A DNA stretch of 64,000 nt from Alphaproteobacteria bacterium (GTDB lineage Bacteria > Pseudomonadota > Alphaproteobacteria > SHVV01). Both the position numbers and the translations under genes were made by a program. Position 1 is the first letter of the stretch; the number at the start of each line of letters is the position of its first letter. Shown piece after piece: positions 1 to 8,502 of the stretch. The stretch lies in contig OZ253470.1 in the NCBI GenBank assembly GCA_965261735.1, positions 448,001-512,000 on the forward strand, in the 5' to 3' direction. The notes beneath the pieces were generated by a model. It worked only from the letters and a program-made list of their open reading frames with translations. It had not been told where the DNA came from and ran no database searches.

Positions 1-112
1 CACGTCTCGTGGGCCCGCAGACGCCGCACCTAATGCACGACGCAGATCTGCCCGCGAGGTTCGGCATGAAGCGCGCGCCGCGGCCGAAACTCGAACACCA
101 AGGAGAGGAGCC

Positions 113-1048
113 ATGACCCGCAACATGATGATCGGTGGCGCCCAACTCGGGCCCATCATGCGCAACGAGCCGCGCCAAGTCGTGGTATCGCGGCTTCTGG
201 AGCTGTTACGCGAAGCCCACGGTCGCGGCTGCGACATCGTCATCTTCCCCGAACTCGCGCTGACGAGCTTCTTCCCCCGCTGGTGGATGGAGGACGAGCG
301 CGAAGTCGAGTCGTTTTTCGAGCGCGAGATGCCCTCGCCCGCCACCCTGCCGCTATTCGAGGAGGCCAAGGCGCTGGGCGTCGGCTTCTACCTCGGCTAT
401 GCCGAAACGACCGAAGAAAAGGGCGAGACCAAGCACTACAACACGGCGATCCTGGTCGACAAGGGCGGGGCCATCGTCGGTAAGTATCGCAAGGTCCACC
501 TGCCGGGACACGCCGATCACAAGCCCGACTGGCCCTTCCAGCACCTGGAGAAGCGCTACTTCGACGTGGGCGATCTCGGCTTCGGCACATGGCGCACGAT
601 GGGTGGCGTCTTCGGCATGTGCATCTGCAACGACCGGCGCTGGCCGGAGACATATCGGGTGCTGGCGCTCAAGGGGGCGGAAGTCGTGCTTCTCGGCTAC
701 AACACGCCAGCGAACATGCCGTGGGAGCCGATCTATAGCGACCTCACGGCCTTCCACAATCATCTGTGCATGCAGGCGGGCGCCTATCAGAACGGTGCCT
801 GGGTGGTGGGCGTGGCCAAGGCGGGCATCGAGGAAGGCTGCGACCTGATCGGTGGCTCCATCATCGCCGCGCCGTCGGGCGAGATCGTCGCTCAGGCCGC
901 CACCAAAGGGGACGAGCTGATCGCCGCCCGCTGCGATCTGGACCTCTGCGTGCGCGCACAGGACGCCATGTTCAATTTCGCCGTCCATCGGCGGATCGAG
1001 CACTACAAGATCATCACCGAACAGACGGGGGTCACCCCGCCGGAATAG
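113..1048 (+). CDS. N-carbamoyl-D-amino acid amidohydrolase (nitrilase superfamily)
   Basis: Nitrilase triad motifs FPELALT (E), YRKVHLPGH (K), ICNDRRWPE (C); QHLEKRYF; AGGAG RBS upstream. Confidence 0.9.
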   Translation: MTRNMMIGGAQLGPIMRNEPRQVVVSRLLELLREAHGRGCDIVIFPELALTSFFPRWWMEDEREVESFFEREMPSPATLPLFEEAKALGVGFYLGYAETTEEKGETKHYNTAILVDKGGAIVGKYRKVHLPGHADHKPDWPFQHLEKRYFDVGDLGFGTWRTMGGVFGMCICNDRRWPETYRVLALKGAEVVLLGYNTPANMPWEPIYSDLTAFHNHLCMQAGAYQNGAWVVGVAKAGIEEGCDLIGGSIIAAPSGEIVAQAATKGDELIAARCDLDLCVRAQDAMFNFAVHRRIEHYKIITEQTGVTPPE

Positions 1049-1158
1049 GGCAAGGCCGAACGCGGTTGCGGCCACCGGGCCGCCCCGACAACTCCCCGTA
1101 CCACGGCTCGCAAATCCAAATCGACACCCCGATTGGTCGGTGGTAGCTTCGTTTCACT

Positions 1159-1845
1159 ATGGACGAAGAGCTTAGCAAGGCCCTGAGCCGGGTCTTCTCC
1201 GCCGATTCCGACCTCTACAAGAAGCGGGGATTCCAGCGCCGAATTGGCTTTGGCGAATGGCCCGCGCTCATCAATATCGATCTCGCGAACGCCTGGACGC
1301 GCCCCGGCAACGCGTTCAGTTGCGACGGCATGGACGTGATCATTCCGAGCGTCCAGAAGCTGCTGGCGGCGGCGCGCGCCAAGCGCATTCCCATCGTCTA
1401 CACGACCACCGCCTATGCCGTCACCGAAGGGCCGAATACCGACATGGGCCTGTGGCATCTCAAGATTCCGCTGGCCGTCTTGAAGCTCGGCACCGAGGGC
1501 GTTGCCATCGACGAGCGCATCGCGCCGCAGGCCGGCGAGCATGTTATCGTCAAGAAGCGGGCCAGCGCCTTTCACGGCACCTATCTCGCCGGCTTCCTGA
1601 GGGCGGCCGGGGTGGATACGGTCATCATCACCGGTACGACCGTCAGCGCGTGCGTCCGCCACACGACCGAAGATGCGATCGCCGAGGGGTTCCGGCCGAT
1701 TGTCGTCCGCGAGGCGGTGGGCGACCGGGTGGCCGGCGTCGTCGACTGGAACCTCTTCGACATTGACGCGAAGTTCGGCGACGTGGAGCCCCTCGAGCGG
1801 GTGCTCGACTACCTCGGTCAGGCCAAGGTGGAAACCGGTGCTTGA
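1159..1845 (+). CDS. N-carbamoylsarcosine amidohydrolase-like cysteine hydrolase (isochorismatase family)
   Basis: INIDLANAW (D), KKRASAF (K), SACVRHT (C) triad; NLFDIDAKFGDV C-terminus. Confidence 0.85.
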   Translation: MDEELSKALSRVFSADSDLYKKRGFQRRIGFGEWPALINIDLANAWTRPGNAFSCDGMDVIIPSVQKLLAAARAKRIPIVYTTTAYAVTEGPNTDMGLWHLKIPLAVLKLGTEGVAIDERIAPQAGEHVIVKKRASAFHGTYLAGFLRAAGVDTVIITGTTVSACVRHTTEDAIAEGFRPIVVREAVGDRVAGVVDWNLFDIDAKFGDVEPLERVLDYLGQAKVETGA

Positions 1846-1899
1846 ATCCGCGACGGCGCCGACTGCGCATGCACCGTTACAGGCGAACGGGGGCTTGAC

Positions 1900-2038
1900 T
1901 TGATTCGGATGGGCGTGGATGTCGGGGGAACGTTCACCGACCTCGTACTCGTCAACGACGAGAAGGGGACGATAGACCTCAACAAGGTTCCCACCACCCC
2001 GGATGACCCCTCGATCGGTACCATTGGCGGGGCACTAG
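1900..2038 (+). pseudogene. Hydantoinase/oxoprolinase subunit A, N-terminal stub truncated at IS1182
   Basis: MGVDVGGTFTD...KVPTTPDDPS start; frame runs into the IS at 2039; no HGTT motif resumes after 3689. Confidence 0.85.
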
Positions 2039-3685
2039 GAGCGTGCGCCGTAGAAGTTTTGATGTTGGGTGATTGGCGCGCGGCCGCCGGAGAGGTGGGA
2101 TTTTGGCCCGAGTGTGGATATCTGGCCCGCCCGACTCTGGGATGGAAATCCCAGACCGGAAGGCCGGAAGGGAAGAGATTCGCGTTTCATACGCGGTCGA
2201 TGGGCACTGCGCGCCCCGGATCAAGTGCGTTGGCAGGCCAGCACCTGCCTCAGCACGTGGCCACCGTCCCCATCCGCTTGATGTTCAACGCCAAGCACAC
2301 GAGGTCCCACTCGCCGCGCACCTTCGCCAAGCCTCGCAGGCTGAATCGTCGGAATCCGAGCACCTCCTTGATCCACCCGTTCGGCGCCTCCGAGAGCCAC
2401 TTGCGTTGCGCGTACCGGGCTTTGCCCGCGGGACTCGCCAGTTTCTCACCCATGCGGTGCGTGGCAGGGAGCCGGGCCGGGTCGACCGCCACCTGGGACT
2501 TGCCTTCACGCCCCAGCGCTACGTGCGCGTCGATGCCGCGATCTTCCAGCTCCAACAGATCCGGCTCGTTGCAGTAGCCCGCATCGGCCAGTACCACCGC
2601 AGGCTCGACCCCAAACGTCTCGTTGATCTCGTCGAGCATCCCCACCAGCTGACCCTGGTCGCTGGCCTGTGGCCCCACCTGAGTCGCGACGATGATCTGG
2701 TGCTCCCCATCGACCGCCATCTGCGCGTTGTAGCACTGCTGGAACCCCTCGCTGCTGGTCTTCATGATCTGGCTCTCGGGATCGGTGAAATTGCTCTGCG
2801 CCTTCGGCTCGGGCTCGCCGTAGGCCCGCTTGTAAGGCCGCCCGCCCCGGGGATTGCGGTCCTGCCCCGGCTCGCGCCCGCGCTCATCGTCGCGCCCGCG
2901 TTGCGCCGCCTCCAAACGCGCTTTGGCTGCCTGGATCGCCGCCAGGCGCTTCTCCCTGCGTTGCAACTCCTCGGGCAACTCGTCGCCCCGGAAATCCTCG
3001 CCCCAACGCTCGTCTTCTTCGGCGTCCACCATCCCCGCCGTCGTCAGCAGCGCCTCGATCTCCGCCTGCAAGCGAGCCGCCTCTTTGCCCATCCGCTCAT
3101 AGCTCATCGCCTTGCGCTTGCTCGCGTTCGCTCGCACCTTCGTCCCGTCGACCGAGAGCTTGCCGAACCGCGCCAGTCCCATCTCGCGCGCCACCTGCAC
3201 CACCCCCACAAACAGCTCGCTGAACTCCGCCAGATGTCGGCGTCGGAACTCACATACCGTGCGATGTTGCGGGAAGTTGCCCGCCGCGAGCATCCTAAAC
3301 GCTACATCCTCCTCCAGCTTCCTCGCCACCGCGCGCGAGGAGAATGTGCCCGTCGCGTAGGCATAGATCAGCACCTTGACCATCATCGACGGCTCGTAGG
3401 GGGCGTTGCGTCGACCGTCCCCCTCGTAGGGCGCATAGAACGCCGTCAAGTCCAGTGCATCGACCACATCGCTGACGTGATGAGCCAGGTGCCCTGGGGA
3501 AACCCACTCCTGCAAGTCCGGCGGCAAAAGCAAGGGTTGGTCCGGCTGGTAGGCACGAAACGTGGTCGGCATCGGGAGTTCCCACACGCAACTGGCGTAT
3601 CGGATCATACTTCCCCCTGCGCAAATCCACCCACAACCCGTCCGCTATCAACTTTGCCGCGCGGACCTTTCTGCGGCGCACGCTC
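2039..3685 (-). mobile_element. IS1182-family insertion sequence
   Basis: Terminal IRs GAGCGTGCGCCGTAGAA (2039-2055) and TTCTGCGGCGCACGCTC (3669-3685), 16/17 match; CTAG on both flanks (2035-2038, 3686-3689). Confidence 0.9.
2250..3572 (-). CDS. IS1182-family transposase
   Basis: YQPDQPLLLPP start, VDGTKVRANAS, TDPESQIM, ADAGY, RKWLSEAPNGWIK DDE motifs. Confidence 0.9.
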   Translation of the reverse strand: MPTTFRAYQPDQPLLLPPDLQEWVSPGHLAHHVSDVVDALDLTAFYAPYEGDGRRNAPYEPSMMVKVLIYAYATGTFSSRAVARKLEEDVAFRMLAAGNFPQHRTVCEFRRRHLAEFSELFVGVVQVAREMGLARFGKLSVDGTKVRANASKRKAMSYERMGKEAARLQAEIEALLTTAGMVDAEEDERWGEDFRGDELPEELQRREKRLAAIQAAKARLEAAQRGRDDERGREPGQDRNPRGGRPYKRAYGEPEPKAQSNFTDPESQIMKTSSEGFQQCYNAQMAVDGEHQIIVATQVGPQASDQGQLVGMLDEINETFGVEPAVVLADAGYCNEPDLLELEDRGIDAHVALGREGKSQVAVDPARLPATHRMGEKLASPAGKARYAQRKWLSEAPNGWIKEVLGFRRFSLRGLAKVRGEWDLVCLALNIKRMGTVATC

Positions 3686-3738
3686 CTAGCGGCCTTTCGA
3701 CGGCAACGACGATCCCGCCGCGTGAAATCCGCTGGCGT

Positions 3739-3996
3739 ATGGACCCGTTTCTTGATTTTCTGGGTCACCCGATTACTACTCACGGCAGTGCATTCGCGTT
3801 CGGAGTGGCATCGCCGTACATCGTGAGGATTATCGTGTTTTTCAGACGGATGTTAGGGGTGCTTGAGGCTATCCGAGATCATCTCGCTGCGAGTCGAGTC
3901 CAGCAAGCGCGGATAGAGCAGTCGTTGGACAAAATCGAGCGCCTTGTCGAAGATGGCAAGATCGCCGAGAACGCTACCAGGCCTTCATCAAACTGA
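3739..3996 (+). CDS. Small hypothetical membrane protein (85 aa; hydrophobic N-half, coiled-coil-like C-half)
   Basis: ATG at 3739; FAFGVASPYIVRIIVFF then QQARIEQSLDKIERLVED. Confidence 0.45.
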   Translation: MDPFLDFLGHPITTHGSAFAFGVASPYIVRIIVFFRRMLGVLEAIRDHLAASRVQQARIEQSLDKIERLVEDGKIAENATRPSSN

Positions 3997-4209
3997 TTGT
4001 TACTCTCGGTTATAATTCTCAAACGCCCCCCTGTTTGCCGCGTCGTCAAGTCTTGTATGTAAGTCCCTAATATTGGGGGGAAAAGGTTGCCTGCTTGACA
4101 ACAGCCACGCTCGATGGCGATCAGGCCAAAACCTGCACGCGCGAGAGACGCCGGCACCGCTGCGTCTGCCAGGCGAACGCCGGGAGTGCGCGAGGGCGGC
4201 CGACAGGCT

Positions 4210-4416
4210 TCAGGCCCCGGCCAGTTCGTCGATCCGGTCGGCGATGCGCTGCGCGCCCTCGCGCAGTCGCTCCATGGTCCAGTCCGCCGCATGGCCCCCG
4301 GTCACATCCCGGGGCCGGGCGCTGTTGACCAGCCGCCCGGTCAGTTTGCCGGGCAGCTCCAGCTCGTGCTCCGCCACGGCGATGAAGCACGTGCGAAGCG
4401 CGTGGAACCAGAACCG
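4210..4416 (-). pseudogene. Tyrosine recombinase/integrase C-terminal fragment
   Basis: Manual translation RFWFHALRTCFIAVAEHEL...LVNSARPRDVTGGHAADWTMERLREGAQRIADRI*; HxLR box present, Ser and His at the expected catalytic His and Tyr positions. Confidence 0.7.
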
Positions 4417-4638
4417 CGGCAGATTTTATCCACTAGCGATGATACTCGCGTAATAGGATTAGAACCCTGTCCAGACCGGTCTGTGTTGTTTTCCAATGGA
4501 ACGGCGTCTGGTCGCGGGTGCGCACCTTAAGTGCCGCACGGTAGGCGGCCACGGCCTGCTCTAGCAGGCTGCTGAAAAAGTCCTCGCCTTTGCAGTTGTG
4601 ACATGATTCTGTGATTCCTTCGAGTGATGGAGGATGGC

Positions 4639-5760
4639 ATGCGGGGTCGAGATCAAAGCAGTGGCAATTTATTCAGCTACGTAGACTTGGAAGAGCGTGT
4701 TCCGGATGATCATCCGCTGCGTCTGATCCGTGAGATCGTGAACGACGTATTGGGGTCTCTATCTTCGGAGTTCGAGACGCTTTATTCCCACATGGGTCGC
4801 CCATCGATCCCGCCGGAGAAGCTTCTTCGAGCGTTACTGTTGCAGGCGTTTTATTCGATCCGCTCGCAGCGTCAGCTGATGGAGCAGCTAAACTTCAACA
4901 TGCTGTTTTGCTGGTTTGTGGGGCTTGGGCTGGACGATGGCGTGTGGGACGCCAGCGCGTTCTGCCACAACCGGGACCGTCTTCTGGAGGCGGAGGTTTC
5001 GGGGCAGCTGCTTGCGGGGGTTATCCAGCACCACAAGGTAGGGGGACTATTGAGCCGGGATCATTTTTCGGTAGACGGAACATTGATCGAGGCCTGGGCG
5101 TCGATGAAGAGCTTTCGTCCCAAAGGTGAGGACGATGGCGACGGGGGATCGGGGCGCAACGCCGCGCGGGATTTTCATGGCGAGAAACGCTCGAACGCGA
5201 CCCATGCAAGCACCACTGATCCGGACGCCCGGCTTTATCGCAAGGGTAATGGCCGGGAAAGCAAGCTGTGTTACATGGGCCATGCGCTGACGGAGAACCG
5301 CCATGGTCTGGCAGTCGGCGGCGGCGTGACCATTGCGTCGGGCACGGCGGAACGCGAAGCCGCCTTTGATCTGATCGACAGGCATCGCCCGGTGGAGAGT
5401 AGAGGCGGGCGGCGTCGGATCACGGTGGGCGGGGACAAGGGTTTTGACGTCGCGGATTTTGTCGAGGAACTGCGGCACCGCAAGGTGACCCCCCATATCG
5501 CCGTCCAGGACCACGTCACCAAGACCGGCAAGCGGCGCAAGACCAAGATAGACGGGCGCACGACGCGCCATCCCGGTTACGGCGTCAGCCAACGTTGCCG
5601 CAAGCGCATCGAGGAGGTCTTCGGCTGGGTCAAGACGAGCGCGGGATTGAGCAAGACCAAATTCCGGGGCCGCCACCGGGTCGACGCTTCGTTCACCCTG
5701 GCCTTGGCCGCCTACAACCTCGTCCGACTACCCAGACTGCTGGCGGAGGCGCCAACATGA
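4639..5760 (+). CDS. IS5-family transposase
   Basis: GGAGG RBS; FSYVDLEERVP, GRPSIPPEKLLRA, VDGTLI, GDKGFD, RKRIEEVFGW. Confidence 0.92.
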   Translation: MRGRDQSSGNLFSYVDLEERVPDDHPLRLIREIVNDVLGSLSSEFETLYSHMGRPSIPPEKLLRALLLQAFYSIRSQRQLMEQLNFNMLFCWFVGLGLDDGVWDASAFCHNRDRLLEAEVSGQLLAGVIQHHKVGGLLSRDHFSVDGTLIEAWASMKSFRPKGEDDGDGGSGRNAARDFHGEKRSNATHASTTDPDARLYRKGNGRESKLCYMGHALTENRHGLAVGGGVTIASGTAEREAAFDLIDRHRPVESRGGRRRITVGGDKGFDVADFVEELRHRKVTPHIAVQDHVTKTGKRRKTKIDGRTTRHPGYGVSQRCRKRIEEVFGWVKTSAGLSKTKFRGRHRVDASFTLALAAYNLVRLPRLLAEAPT

Positions 5761-5918
5761 CGGGCGATGCCGGCACGCCGCTGACCGCAAAGTGGCAGAT
5801 CATCGAACTGGACGAAGCCCAGGGCATCGGATCGGTCGAGATTGAAGACGGTTTCACCCTAAGACACGAAATCTCATTTCATTTCGGCGATGAATCCGAG
5901 TTCAAGGCCCGGCAATGA
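5757..5918 (+). CDS. Small passenger ORF inside IS5 (53 aa)
   Basis: ATGA overlap with transposase stop; nearly identical ORF in copy 2 (43824-43985, - strand). Confidence 0.45.
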   Translation: MTGDAGTPLTAKWQIIELDEAQGIGSVEIEDGFTLRHEISFHFGDESEFKARQ

Positions 5919-6572
5919 TGACTTTTTCAGCAGCCTGCTAGATATTTTTGCCCTCCGCCTCGTTGCCCCAAAGCCATCAGGGCACCACCGAGATTGTTTT
6001 GTGTTGTTGACCAATCGTGAGGCTCACGCTCGCGGGTACGAACCTCGAGCGCCGCACGGTAGGCAACCACGGCTTGCTTCAGGAATCTGGTGCCTGTGTC
6101 AGTATCTTGCTCTGCTAGTGCCTTCAAGGTGTTACCCAATTTGGTCTGTATGGACGCCCAATCGAGCGGGGCCTGTTCCCGAAGGAGTTCCTTGAGCGCC
6201 GCCCGATGGGCGACCACGGCCTGCTTCAGAAGGTCGGGGTCTTTCTTCCCGTAGCCTAAGGCCCACAAGGCGTCGCCGAGATTGGTCTGTAATGCCCAAT
6301 CGAGCGGGACCTGTTCGCGCTTGTACACCTCAAGCACCGCGCGGTAGGCGGCCACGTGTCAATTGCGACTGAAAATTTCCCACTTTTGTCGATCGAAATA
6401 TTTCTCACTTTGAGCGTTCGGTCGTACCCCCAGACGCGGTGTTTGGGGTGTCGGACTTGGTCGAGCTGTAGGTAACCGGGTTGGCGCAGCGACCGCCAAG
6501 AGTCTGGCGGCGACAACCCGGTTATCCACAGCGGGCGGGTGTCACCGCTCCTGTCTCCGTTTGAGCCGGCGA

Positions 6573-7370
6573 TCACGCGGCGGCTCTTTTCCTGCGTCGA
6601 TCCGAGCCGGACTGCAGCAGGTTCTGATGCTCCTTCATCCGGTAGCTGTTGCCCCGGATGTTGACGATGTGGCAGTGGTGCACAAGGCGGTCGATGAGAG
6701 CCGCCGCCATGACCTCGTCGCCGAGCACGCCACCCCAGTCCTCGAAACCCTTGTTCGACGTCAGCACAGTCGACGCCCTCTCGTGCCGGGCGTTGATGAG
6801 CTGGAAGAAGAGCACGGCGCCGTCCTGGTTGACCGGCAGGTAGCCGATCTCGTCGACCACCAGCAGGGCCGGATGGGTGAGCACGCGCAGCCGCCGGGTC
6901 AGATTGCCGGCGGCCTTGGCCTCGGTGAGGGACTCGATCAGCGCCGCGAGCGTGCCGTAGTAGACGCGCCGGCCGGCCTCGGCCGCCGCGATCGCGAGGC
7001 TGATCGCCAAGTGCGTTTTCCCGACGCCTGGTGGGCCGAGCAGGATCACGTTCTCGCCGCGGTCCAGGAAGCCGAGCTCGTGCAAGCTCTCGATCTGCTC
7101 GCGCTTGATGCTGGGCTGGAAGGCGAAGTCGAACTGATCGAGCGTCTTCACAGCCGGCAGCCGCGAAGAGCGCATGGCGGTCTGGAGACGGCGGTTGTTG
7201 CGCAGCACGATCTGGGCGTTCAGCAACTGCTCGATGGCCTCGGCCGCCGAGATCGTGCCGCCGTCGGCGTCCGAGAGGATGCCGTCGACGGCCTCCAGCG
7301 CGCCCGGCATCTTGAGGTCCGCCAGCATTGCCCGCAGCCGGTCGCGCCGGGCCGGCGCCGGAGCGTTCAT
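6573..7370 (-). CDS. istB: IS21 helper ATPase IstB
   Basis: Walker A GPPGVGKT, Walker B LLVVDEIGY, IDRLVHH, GNSYRM. Confidence 0.95.
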   Translation of the reverse strand: MNAPAPARRDRLRAMLADLKMPGALEAVDGILSDADGGTISAAEAIEQLLNAQIVLRNNRRLQTAMRSSRLPAVKTLDQFDFAFQPSIKREQIESLHELGFLDRGENVILLGPPGVGKTHLAISLAIAAAEAGRRVYYGTLAALIESLTEAKAAGNLTRRLRVLTHPALLVVDEIGYLPVNQDGAVLFFQLINARHERASTVLTSNKGFEDWGGVLGDEVMAAALIDRLVHHCHIVNIRGNSYRMKEHQNLLQSGSDRRRKRAAA

Positions 7371-7932
7371 TGCAGCGCCTCCGCATAGACACTAAGCGGT
7401 CGCTGCTCGACCTTCACGGTTGCCGGCAGTCGCCGCGGCGCGGGCTCCGGAGCATGCCGGACGCCGAGACGTCGATAGGGATGGTTCGCCAAGGGGAGAA
7501 GCACCGCTCGCTCGTCGCGCTCGAAGCGGTCGACAGGACGCTCCCCGGTCGTGGCATGCCGGCGGACGTTGGCTGTGCCCTCCAGCCAGCGCACGGCCTG
7601 CTCGTTGAGATCGTTGTCATTCGCAAACGAGCGGCCGTAGAAGAAGCTCTCGCGGATGTAGCGGATCGGGCGCTCCACTTTGCCCTTGGTCTGGGCCCGA
7701 TAGGGTCGGCACGAGCGCGGCATGAACCCCCAGTGCGCGGCGAACCGCAGAAACTCCTCGTTCAGCACCAGGCCGCCGCCGGCCCCGCGGTCGTCGGACA
7801 GCACCACGGCGCGCATCTGGTCGAACAGCAGCTCCTCCGGAACCCCGCCGAACCGGTCGAAGGCGCTCTCCAGACCTTCCATCAGGACCGGCATGGTCTG
7901 CCGAGTATAGAAGTGCAGCCACAGCAGCCGGG
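7367..7932 (-). pseudogene. istA: IS21 transposase IstA, C-terminal half only
   Basis: FGGVPEELLFDQM, CRPYRAQTKGKVER, VEQRPLSVY; N-terminal HTH and first catalytic Asp missing. Confidence 0.9.
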
Positions 7933-8026
7933 TGAAGGCGTCGTTGGGCGACACCGTGGCAAACACCTTGCGTACGAACAGGGACAGGTCCGAGCGCAGG
8001 ATGGCATCGAGTTCAATGTAGCTCAC
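7933..8026 (-). pseudogene. Probable phage-type terminase large subunit N-terminal stub, fused in frame to IstA fragment
   Basis: LDAILRSDLSLFVRKVFATVSP resembles the start of TerL-like proteins that follow DUF5681 in these elements; overlaps the DUF5681 stop. Confidence 0.55.
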
Positions 8027-8493
8027 CGCCGTCACCGTCCTCTCCTGCAGGTTTACGGCTGGCTTCGCCATTCTCTTGATGGTTCTCCCGACGCTTCCGT
8101 GCGCCGTGTGGCTTCTGCACCACTCCGGCCTGCCGCAACACCTTCTCGTCGTGCGCCTTCACGATCTCGGTGTCGGCCGCGTCCAGCCTGGTGGCCGCTT
8201 CGGCCATCTCTTCGTCGTCGTTGTAGAGCCGGGCGAGTCCGATCAAACTATCGAGCGCACGCACCTCCCCGCCGAGCGCCTTCTCGCGCAGCCGCATCAG
8301 GGCTGCATGCTGGGTCGATACGGTTTTGGCCTTGCCGTGATGGGTGACGCGGATCGGTTCCTCCAGCGTTTTTCAGATCCGTCGAGAAGTTGCGGCTTCC
8401 CCTGGGCCGGCCCCTTGGATTGCCGGATTGCCCCTTCTTGAACAGCGAGTGCCTGGGTGGCTTGCCATAGCCGACATCTTGGTCACGTCCCAT
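8013..8493 (-). pseudogene. DUF5681-domain protein, frameshifted near 8370
   Basis: VGYGKPPRHSLFKKGQSGNPRGRP motif; continues in another frame TLEEPIRVT...LREKALGGEVRA. Confidence 0.8.
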
Positions 8494-8502
8494 GTGAACC
8501 TC

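Larger units (their letters stand above)
4565..5937 (+). mobile_element. IS5-family insertion sequence, copy 1 (complete)
   Basis: Perfect 18-bp IRs CAGGCTGCTGAAAAAGTC; CTAG target duplication at 4561-4564 and 5938-5941. Confidence 0.95.
4433..6356 (-). pseudogene. TPR-repeat protein, split by IS5 and 5'-truncated by IS21
   Basis: Repeats QAVxAYRAAL..RE..PLDW..Q.NLG in 5938-6356; removing IS5 rejoins GQKYL|EQAVAAYRAALKVRTRDQTPFHW to stop at 4433. Confidence 0.85.
6357..7932 (-). mobile_element. IS21-family element, left part deleted
   Basis: TG-starting end at 6357 with repeated GAAA(T)ATTTC(C/T)CACTTT motifs; istB plus 3' half of istA; no second IR found. Confidence 0.88.

Noticed and set aside
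1900-2577. 225-aa ORF as a complete hydantoinase
   Set aside because: Only the first ~46 codons are hydantoinase-like; the rest is read-through into IS1182
2073-3689. 538-aa + strand ORF and similar long antisense ORFs (for example 53512-55446, 49259-50635, 26611-27852)
   Set aside because: Shadow frames opposite clearly recognisable genes, expected in high-GC DNA
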